Part shown: positions 54,301 to 64,000 of the stretch, in pieces
Layout of the letters: each line of letters begins with the position of its first letter
How positions within the stretch are numbered: position 1 is the stretch's first letter
NCBI GenBank assembly: GCA_051294375.1
Contig: CM119269.1
Span: 6,247,919 to 6,311,918, forward strand
Length of the DNA: 64,000 bases
Source of the DNA: Paraspadella gotoi
Lineage: Eukaryota; Animalia; Chaetognatha
Direction: 5' to 3'
Position numbers and translations under genes: made by a program
Notes under the pieces: generated by a model
Told to the model about the DNA's origin: nothing
Databases searched by the model: none
Seen by the model: only the letters and a program-made list of their open reading frames with translations

Positions 54301-55281
54301 ATTTACACCGCCTCACGCCCATCATCGTTCATCCAATCCCATTGTCTCAGAGGGGGAATACACCATCCCGAGTGTCGTGTTCCACCCACATTCCTCTGCG
54401 TTGGCAAAGCGAGACCTTCCTAGGGTAACCGCGTCAGTGACAGGAGGCGTCACTTAGGGTCGGAAGCCCCCAAAGACAACAGTGAGATGCCCCATCTCAA
54501 TGGTTGTCACAGGCAACCCGGCTATTGCCATAGTTGACGCTTTTTTAATTTGATTTTTTTTAATTTCAGATACAGTAGTAACGGGGGGAGCTCGACGGAG
54601 GACTTGACTACCCTAGGCGATCCATCCTCCTTTTCGCATTCCACGCCTCTGTCTTCCGCTTCCACAAACGCTATTCCTAGTTCCACCGTCGTGCCTTGCA
54701 GCATTTCAAGCAGTTCCAACGCTGCCGTTCTCCCAAACGTTTCCAGGTATTTCGAAACTGTCCTAATCCTATTTTTACTTGGATAAAAATCCTTGGCCTT
54801 TTTGTCCAGTTCCGATTTGGCCAATTTTCGGAGATCGTCGTCTCATTCGTCGCCTTTTTTACCGATGGACGTCGATGACGTCATCTTCCCGCCGGGTAGG
54901 TCATTCATTGTGCTTTTATTTTAGAAAAGCGCGAAACTTAAAAAAAAAAAACGCATACTTTTTTCTTCAGGGTCATCTCAAAGCGGAGAACCAGATATCG
55001 TTAGTTTTCGGTATTTGAAGCACGTGATTATTCGTTTCATGATCAGCAATCGGTACGAAGCGCAACATCTAGTCAAGGTACTTCATGTATGAAATAGGTT
55101 TTTTACTATTTCTTCTACAATTTAACGTTCATTATTTATACAGGCGGTGAGCACGGTACTGCGCTTCGACAAAGAAGAGGAAAAGCTCGTAACTGATCAC
55201 CTTAACTATAAAATCAGTTGGTTCGGTGCTAAACCCTCTACTAAAAAGCTCAAGTCCGCCAACGTTAAAGACGTTCATTAA
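51337..55281 (+). CDS. GOLGA1: golgin-97 (GRIP-domain coiled-coil golgin)
   Basis: N-terminus MFAKLK; EGFQNQELAKVKHML; KTVKLQQQRIADLKKTLQREL; GRIP domain FRYLKHVIIRFM..EAQHLVKAVSTVLRFDKEEE..YKISWFG. Confidence 0.92.
54290..54524 (+). mobile_element. structured interspersed repeat, copy 2 (in a GOLGA1 intron)
   Basis: Homologous to 16235-16520. Confidence 0.75.
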
Positions 55282-55602
55282 ACTGCTGACTTCAATTTCA
55301 TTTTAACTGCTAGTCTTTTTTTCACTCATGCACTTTTCGCGACTTATGATGACGTTAATTATTACCGTAGAAGCTTATTTGTTTTGACTTGTTAGTAACT
55401 TGAAAAATCCCATCCCGCTTTTTCATACATTATTTAGAAATGTATTCGCAATCCATGTCCTTATAGCCGATCTCTCTTTCATCGGTCCGCGCCGTTTCGT
55501 CGCTCGATGCGGACACTCGAGTCAAAAAGAATCGCCGCACATCCGACGGCGTGACGAACCCCCCCCCCACTCTGTCAGCCGAGGAAACGCGTCGCCGATA
55601 TC

Positions 55603-58600
55603 ATGCAGCGAGGCGGAAGACGAGACGATCCGCCGACCTTCTCCCCCGCCGGCGCCAAAACTCCCGACACTGGCGCCACCAGAAGGTCTTCCCGACGACG
55701 CGGTGGCGGCGCCGACAAGACCGATGACGAAGCACCCCTCCCCGCGGGAGAGTCTTCCTCCTCCTCCTCCACATCCTCCTCTGCCTCCAAGCGTCTGCAC
55801 GGCAGAGGCGTCCCCTCGACTCCTGGGGACCCACTGCTTAAGATCGACGAGCGAGCCGCTCTAATGGAAACCGACGCTTTCGTGAAAAGCCCCGATGCGA
55901 AACTTCCCAAGATGGCGCCGGTGGCGTCCGCGACAACGTCAATGCCGGAAAAGCGAAAACTGGATACGAAGAACGTCGGCGGACGGAAAAAACCCTGCCT
56001 GAAGGAGACGCCGAGTCGGGAGAAGATCGTCGAGGATGTCGACGCTGAGACCGACGAGATGAAAGTCGGAAACTATTCCTCTCCCATGGATGAAGGAGAA
56101 GAGGACGAGAACGAAGACTTAACGCAGGAAAAGCTCTTGTCTCAGGTTAACCTTGTTCAGATTCCCGCCGCCTCTTCCATCGGAAGTGCCCCTAACAGCG
56201 TCCCCAGCAGCGCCGGTAGCGCCTGTAGCACCTCCCTCTGCTCCTCTCCCGGGGACCGCCCACCGGCCTCATTCCCGCCGGCAACGAATCTCGACTCCGT
56301 CTCGTCTTCCGTTGCCAATTCGTCCGCCTCGCCCTTCTCCCCGCTCATCTCCGCCGCCTCTTGCTCACACAGTCAAGGGACACAGACTAACGAGTTCCAC
56401 CGTAAAATCCCTTCCCGCGCCCACCCACCGCCGGGGCTGCAGGAATGGCTGGAAGTCTTCAAGGGCTGGAGCCACGCGGAGAGGCTAATCTCGTTGGATC
56501 AGTTGGTCGAGTTGTGCGAACCCCAACAGGTTGGCGAAAAGAATGGAGGGATAAGTTTAAATTCAATTAATTATTATTGGTTTCTTAAGACATTTAATAA
56601 GGTGCACTTTCATTTAAAATTACATGGTGACAATTTTACAAGCGCCGGTAGAAATACGCTGTCATTTGCAAACCAGTGGTTATTTCATTGATTTTAAAAA
56701 TTAGTTGAGTAGAACATATTAAAGTCATTTTTGTGTTCAAATTTTATATTGATCAGTTAAGATATGCCTTGGCAATGAGTGGAGAAAGTTGGCTTGTAAA
56801 ATCGGGTTTCATTTTTTAACTCACTTTTTTAGATTCAATTTTTTTTCTTATTTTCAGTAAGTTTTCTGAAGAAATTTAAAATAAAATAATATTAATATTA
56901 TTATCTTCTGAAAGCCCTTTCAAATCTAAAGAGAATGACATATTTGCAAATACTTTAGTATATAATTTAACCGGCCTAGCTTTAATTTAATTAGGATATT
57001 CAAAAACAAGACATCTTTCCAAAAATCAATAGCTGGAGGGTAAATTTAAGATTTTTATCAAATTGTAATTGGCTATCTGAAATCTTTTTTCGGGCTCTTT
57101 CATAATACTTATATAAATAATAATATTTTATGTTATAATAATTTAATCAGGTCATATATTTTTTAAAAAAATTTGATATTTTAGATAATTAACTTTTGAC
57201 TCTCTTAATTGAACCAAGGCTGGGCAGCTTAATTTTTATGTTAGAGCTTTCGTAAGTATATCATTCTCTTCATTTTTTTAAGGGCTTTCTGAGGATATTA
57301 ATATTGTTAATATCTTAATAAATACTTTGTTTAAAAAAGAGCTAAGAGTTGAAAAAAAAATTGAATTTAAAAACAGTGAGTTGGAAAATGAAACCCGATT
57401 TTACAAGCCAACTTTCTCCACTCATTGCCAAGGCATATCTTAACTGATCAATATAAAATTTGACTTTAATATGTTCTACTCAACTAATTTTTAAAATCAA
57501 TGAAATAACCACTGGTTTGCAAATGACAGCGTATTTCTACCGGCGCTTGTAAAATTGTCACCATGTAAACGCTTTGGATGCGAACTTTTTTTTAAAACTA
57601 CATAATTTCCTTTTTTCCTGTAGTAGCGATAAACCTAAATCACTATTGTTTTTCCTCCGTTTTCCCCACCATTAGGTGAAGCACGTGATGACGGTGATCG
57701 AGCCGCAGTTTCAACGCGACTTCATTTCTCTCCTTCCGAAAGAGTTGGCTCTCTACGTTCTCTCGTACCTCGAACCTCGCGATTTGGCAAGGGCCGCCCA
57801 GACCTGTCGCTACTGGAGGCTCCTATGCGAAGACAATCTCCTGTGGAAAGAGAAGTGCCTCGAAGCTGAAATCTTGGAGCCCCTGAGAATATTTTTGCCG
57901 GCTTCCGCGGCGCCGGATCGAACCAGGACCGTCTCTGAGTGCAGCGGTCTTTCCGGCGACGTTTTTCCGGCTCGGTGTTTAACTTTCCATGAGGGGCCGC
58001 CCGAAGCCGGAATGCGCATCTCGCCTTCGCCTCCCTTGATCACGGATTTTCCATTATACGGGCGCCAACGACGACCCTCGTCCGTCGGCGGCAGTGGCGA
58101 GTCGCACACTTCCGCGGCGACGTCGACACATTCTCCTCCTTCGCCGCTGCAGCCGTCAGAATGGAAGCGAGCCTATATGCGGCAGCACGAGATCGAGATG
58201 AATTGGCGTCGCCGGCCGCTGAGGCACCCCAAGACCCTCAAAGGCCACGACGACCACGTGATCACCTGTCTGCAGTTCTGGGGAAATCGCATCGTGTCCG
58301 GCTCGGACGACAACACGCTCAAGGTTCGAAATTTTAGTTCAGTGAATAATGAACATATTGATAATATTGCTTTCGCTAAAAAATTCTTATTTCTCTAACC
58401 AGGTGTGGTCGGCCGATACCGGAAAGTGCCTACGAACGCTCGTCGGACACACGGGCGGCGTGTGGTCTTCTCAAATGAAGGACAACATCATCATAAGCGG
58501 TTCTACGGATCGAACCTTAAAAGTCTGGGACGCGGACACCGGGGATTGCATCCACACGCTATACGGACATACGTCTACAGTGCGTTGCATGCACATCCAC

Positions 58601-60347
58601 GACTCTACCGTGGTTAGCGGATCGCGCGACGCCACTCTTAGAATATGGGACGTCGATTCCGGTAATTGATCTCATATTGATGAATTCTGGAGATTTAGTG
58701 ATGGCTCGCCTCGACCTGGATATAGGGATTAAAGAGCCGACATCCATGATGACCTTCCCATTGTATAGACATTAAAAATAAAAAATATTCAAAAAAAAAA
58801 ATAAATAAAATAAAAGTAGGATAAAGAAAAAATATAATTTTAAAATTATATTTATGACATAAAGATGCCCCTATAGACCTATCCCCAGTATGTATCCCTA
58901 TCAGAATTTACAATTCTACATGGTAGTCTTATCCCTATTGGTTCAGCCTCTTCGATATTATGATTTTGTGACTTTCTAACAGAAATGATGTGTGATATCT
59001 ATTAGAAAACTGGGACAGATTGTAATTTAACCTTTAAGAAAGAAAGCAATATATATTTGTTTAAATAATATAGATTAAATACTAAATCCTTCATAAAATA
59101 TAAAAATAGAAAATAGTGAAACAAGTAATTTGCAAATTTTCATAGACAAGAAAGAAATCTGTAAGCATATTTATTAATAGGTTTTTATTTTATTTTTAAA
59201 CTTGGTTCAACCAATATAAAAGTTTTCCATTCATTTAATAAACAAAGTGTTTGAGGATAAAGGTTTTTTGGTTTAAAGTTCAACTTAAATTAATAATACC
59301 GTTTTCACTTTCGGTACAGGCGAGTGCCTTCACGTGTTAATGGGTCATGTGGCGGCCGTTCGTTGCGTGCAATACGATGGGAAACGCGTCATTTCCGGAG
59401 CCTACGATTACATGGTCAAAGTGTGGAACCCCGAAATGGAGGAGTGTCTCTACACCTTACAAGTAATAATAGACTTTTACTACTCTAAAACTTCAGTGTT
59501 TTATTCCTTGACAATGTCCGTCACAGGGTCACACGAATCGGGTCTACAGCCTTCAGTTCGACGGGAAGCACATCGTCAGCGGCTCCCTCGACACTTCGAT
59601 TCGCGTTTGGGACGTGGACACCGGAAACTGCATCCACACCCTTATCGGCCACCAATCGCTCACTTCGGGGATGGAGTTAAAGAACAATATCCTAGTCTCT
59701 GGAAACGCCGACTCCACCGTTAAGGTCAGTTTTCTTTCATGTTTTTAGCTGTTTATATTTACTATTACCAGAAGTCGCAAACTCAATTTATATTTTTTTT
59801 TTGCTCTAGGTTTGGGACATAATATCGGGTCAGTGTCTTCAAACTTTGTCCGGTTCAAACAAACATCAGTCGGCGGTGACTTGCTTGCAATTTACCTCCA
59901 AATTCGTCGTCACTTCGTCCGACGATGGAACCGTAAAGTTGTGGGATCTGAAGACTGGCGAGTTTGTGAGAAATTTGGTGACTCTCGAGTCCGGGGGCTC
60001 GGGCGGAGTCGTTTGGCGGGTAAGAATGAGTCGATTTAGTTTTCCAATTATTTATATTAATTGAAAACTATGGCGCACTATCCCAAAACCAGGTCCGCTC
60101 TTCGGCGACCAAGCTCGTTTGCGCCGTCGGAAGCCGCAATGGAACAGAAGAGACGAAACTCTTAGTTCTGGACTTCGACGCGGCGCCGCCCACCTCGAGC
60201 CTCTGCGCTTCCCCCGAGTCCTGCGCCGTCGTCTCGGAAGAGGCCGGCGACGGCGGCGGCGACGGCGGCGGCGACGCCGCGGAATCCTTCCCAGACTCTT
60301 CTCTCTCCGTCGACAACGAAAACCAAATCTTCCTCGCCAGTTTGTAG
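55603..60347 (+). CDS. FBXW7: F-box/WD repeat protein 7 (archipelago/SEL-10); start uncertain
   Basis: [10 protein letters not shown]-domain; [26 protein letters not shown]-box; [70 protein letters not shown]. Confidence 0.96.
56623..57565. mobile_element. fold-back Tc1/mariner-type MITE in FBXW7 intron
   Basis: CATGGTGACAATTTTACAAGCGCCGG ... CCGGCGCTTGTAAAATTGTCACCATG, long near-perfect arms, TA flanks; shares TTGGCAATGA..GAGAAAGTTG with 11196-11884. Confidence 0.9.
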
Positions 60348-61280
60348 TTTTTTGCTTTCTTGTCGATCGACGCACGTGGGATGGTTTTCTTTTTTTTCCC
60401 CTTTTTTAATATTCATTGCCTAATATAATTTCTACAGTTTTGCGGTATTTTTTTTTTTTTTTTCGTTTGGTGTGCGTAAACCGGGGGAAACGATTTGGTT
60501 GAGACAGCGCGTGCGCCCTGGAAAGCGGCGAACTGAAATGATACTCGATTTTCGCGGCTTAGGGATTAATTTTATGGTCTATAGTATTACGGAATTATTG
60601 AACCAAATTTCGAGGCATGAAAAGTAGTATGAAAAGTCTAAATAATGAAAAAATAAATTTATTTGTGAAATATTTTTTACCAAGTAACATTTTTAAAACA
60701 ATCTCTTGCTTAAATATTTTCCGTGATCAAAAGACTGGAATACTTCAAACAAAAATAATTTCGACTCTGTTATTCTTAATGTGTACGTGTCATGACATCC
60801 TTCGGATGTGATCTTGTCTCGATTCTGAGAAATGTTATCAAGACGTTTTTCATCAGAATGAAACATCTTGAATTGTTTTAGCTTATAGAAAAAACTATTC
60901 CTAACCATCAATTTATGGAATTAGTCTTTTTTTTTAAAAAAGGTCACAACTATCTTTTAGCCATATAACTTTGACCCGAGGGCAAACTGTAAAGTTACTC
61001 TAATTCGTCTCTATCTGTTAGATGATGTGAATCTTACTTATAAGTATGATAGTATATGATATTTCCGAATCAGTTGGGCGAGTCAAGAACTGACTGAACC
61101 ATAAACAGGAAATTAAATATAAATTTAGACTAACACTCTCGTATTGGTTGTACAATAAATTTGATAGCGTAGTCACATGGAAACCTCCCTTATTTTCCCC
61201 CTCCTCCCCAAATATTTCGTTATAACTATGGTTTTATTTCAGTTAATCCAAATTATAAAAAAACCGACAAAAAACTATCG

Positions 61281-62110
61281 ATGTCTGCGGCGGGGGGATA
61301 CGCTAACCCCAACGCTTATCCCGAGAGCGAGGAGCAGTCGCGGCTGCGGTTTCAGGTCGAACTCGAGTTTGTGCAGGTGAGATTGTTTTGTCTGTAGCAT
61401 CTGTAGATACATATTTCATCTTCCAGTTCGCACAAATATTGCTGATTATTGTAGATAGCTCACCTCGGTTCAGCTTGACACGGTTTAGATAAGTTCAGTG
61501 GATGTTGAAGTGTAAATAAAGTTCTTGAGAAATCCTGCTCAGTCTGGCTAATCAATAAACTTGTCACGTGATCTGTATAAGAAAAGAAAGGTTTATACAA
61601 AGTAATAATCACTGATGATTAATGATATTTAATCCTAATCATACGTACGGCTTTATTAAATAATCGCGAACGAAATAAGTTTATTTTTGATCCAACGTTT
61701 AGTTTATGTCCAACATTGCCGCCTCCTTTCTTCCTCCCTCTCATCAGTGCCTCGCCAATCCCAATTACCTTAACTTTTTGGCGCAACGAGGACACTTTAA
61801 AGACCGCGCCTTTGTCAACTATCTTAAGTACCTCTTGTACTGGCGCAAACCCGAATACGCGGCTTATCTCAAATATCCCCAGTGTCTCAATTTGCTAGAG
61901 CTGCTCCAGTACGAGGGATTTCGTACTGAGATTATCAACACTCCCTGCGCCAAGTTCATCGAAGACCAACTTTTGCTCCACTGGCAGCACTATCCGCGGA
62001 AGCGATTAAAGTTGCTGGAGCAACAAGACGCAGAGGCGGCTGGAGTTCCTTCTGAAGCGCCGGCTCTCGAGGCCCTAGAAGAGGCGCCCGCTCCGACCAA
62101 CGGACAGTAG
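61281..62110 (+). CDS. MED31: Mediator subunit 31
   Basis: Exons 61281-61376 (..RLRFQVELEFVQ) and 61748-62110 (CLANPNYLNFLAQRG..YLKYLLYW..YLKYPQCL..LLHWQHY). Confidence 0.97.
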
Positions 62111-62136
62111 GAGGTCGCGAAAGACTGTCACTCCCC

Positions 62137-62931
62137 ATGTCAGGGTCGATCCCCGTGAACAGCTCGAGACCGTCGCCGGCCGCGGTGGTTCTGCTCTCCG
62201 GGAAGCGAAAATCAGGCAAAGACTTCATCGCCGACCGATTGGCCGAACGTCTTGCGCCCCGTCGGGTTTTTGTTGTTAGATTAAGCGCTCCACTCAAGAG
62301 GCAATACGCGCTGGAAAATGGGCTCGACTTTAAAAGGCTGCTGGATTCCTCCGGATATAAGGAGTTACATCGAAAAGGTTAGCGGGTGAAATAAATATTT
62401 TAGATGCTTTTTATTAGTAACTTAAAGTTAGTATCCGCTTGTTTGTCTTTTTTCTTTTAGCCATGGTCGTTTGGGGAGAAAAGAAGCGAGACTGCGATCG
62501 CGGATTCTTCTGTCGCGCCGCCATCGATGACGCTCTTCTCGGCGTCGACGACGAGGTCGTCGGGGAAAGCGTTTGGATCGTGCCCGACGCCCGACGACTC
62601 TCCGACCTCCAGTTTTTTCGGAACTTTTTTTCCGACTGCCTGGTGATTCTGACTTTCGTCGCGTCTACGCGTCGAGGCCTAAATATTAAGAGACTATCGA
62701 GCCTTTTTATTTCCATCACTCTTTCAGATGACTGTGCGCGTTCGGGCCTCGGAAGAAACTCGACGCGGTCGCGGGTGGGCGTGGTCTGCTGGTGTGGATG
62801 ACGCGGAGACGGAGTGCGGACTGGACGCCGTGTCCGAATGGGACGTCGTGGTTGATAACGAAGGCGTCGACGGAGAGTTGGAAGAGTTGTTCAGAACATT
62901 GGAATATGCCTTCGTGAAACACTCGCCGTAA
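62137..62931 (+). CDS. PMVK: phosphomevalonate kinase (animal type)
   Basis: LSGKRKSGKDF, RLSAPLKRQYA..LDFKRLLDSSGYKE, WGEKKR..GFFCR, WIVPDARR..D, VRVRASEETR..RGW..GVDDAETECGLD; 3 exons. Confidence 0.95.
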
Positions 62932-63170
62932 ATTCTTCGTCTTTTGGAGGGCCTTTCTGCTCTGATTATTATTGTTAAATGTTCAATGTGTTAAATATTC
63001 TAGCTTATATATAATTTAAATATTCTTTTTCTGATATTTTCTTTAGATTCCAAGTATGACTAACATGACTCGTAGCCTTCAACGTCGCTATTCACCGTAA
63101 TAACCTTTCCGATTTTAAACTCACGTGATATTCCGCATGATAAAAAAAATAAGCCCTCGAAAGAAAAAAT

Positions 63171-63808
63171 ATGATTGTCTCGGACACCAGCGCCCTCTTG
63201 TTTGATCTCTTTCTATTTCTCTCTTGGTTCCGCGGCACTTACGCAGACGGCTCCGAAGATGTCGCCGCATCTCTTAATGATACGGCTTCATCGACGGCGG
63301 CGCCTGTCGTGGAGACCACCGCATTTCCTTCAAACGGGACATACCCCGGCAGAATTGGCGACCTCTGGCAGAATCGCGGGATGATTCTGAGGATGACCTA
63401 TGTCTTAGTCGGCGTCTCTCTCCTCGTCCTTTGCTACTTTCTCGTCAAGGCGATTAGGATGAGGAGGAAAAGGTTAAATCACTTTGGAAAACAATTAAAT
63501 CACGGTAACAGGGGATTGCCTATTAATATATTTAATTCCAGTTCGTTTGCGTTTGTTTACAGAACAAAACCTCGCAAGTACGGAGTGCTTATAAACGAGG
63601 ATAAAATGGAGATATCAGCCCTGAGGGATGACGAGGACGACGACGAAGTACGATTGCGCATAATTGTGTATTTTGAATTGTAAAGGACGGTGACTTGTAC
63701 TCATGATTTTGTTTTTTTTTCTAGGTTGAAGTTTTTGAGGTCAACGGATCAAACATCCGGGGTGGGAGAACTTCTGACGGTGGCGCCGCTACTCGCCTTT
63801 TGCCTTAA
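63171..63808 (+). CDS. FAM174: FAM174/TMEM157 (DUF1180) single-pass membrane protein
   Basis: Signal peptide, S/T-rich ectodomain, RMTYVLVGVSLLVLCYFLVKAIR, RKYGVL..MEISAL.DDEDDDE.EVFE; 3 exons. Confidence 0.85.
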
Positions 63809-64000
63809 GTAGCGCCATTGTCGACAGTGAGAGCGGCCCCCCTATTTGCCACGTGGTTACAAACTCATGCCATGCCAGGAAAAAAACCTGGCCAAACATA
63901 AGTCATATCAAAAATGAATCTACTTCGATTTGATGCCAATTGAAAGTAAAAATCGCCTCAGAACTTGTCCAGACTCACTTTGGCGCAATATTTTTCAAAC

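Overview
AT-rich eukaryotic (invertebrate animal) genomic DNA with short GT-AG introns, GC-rich exons and two assembly gaps (1148-1172, 6088-6112). The first ~26 kb is mostly microsatellites, gap-flanking duplications and MITE/Helentron/Penelope-type repeats, plus a minus-strand single-pass membrane protein gene. The rest is gene-dense: an uncharacterised protein with SKI/Dachshund-like repeats, CSTPP1 (C11orf49), IFT27, a p24/TMED gene, REEP5/6, DDX21/50, GOLGA1 (golgin-97), FBXW7, MED31, PMVK and FAM174. Most interesting: (1) a 623-bp miniature LTR retroelement (TRIM; PBS, PPT, 4-bp TSD) whose two LTRs each carry a twister-ribozyme-like fold, i.e. a candidate twister-based LTR retrozyme; (2) a dispersed ~240-290 nt repeat with covarying helices and pseudoknots; (3) operon-like gene pairs (MED31-PMVK 26 nt apart, IFT27-CSTPP1 58 nt apart); (4) Penelope-type minimal hammerhead palindromes. 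All calls are by eye, without database searches.
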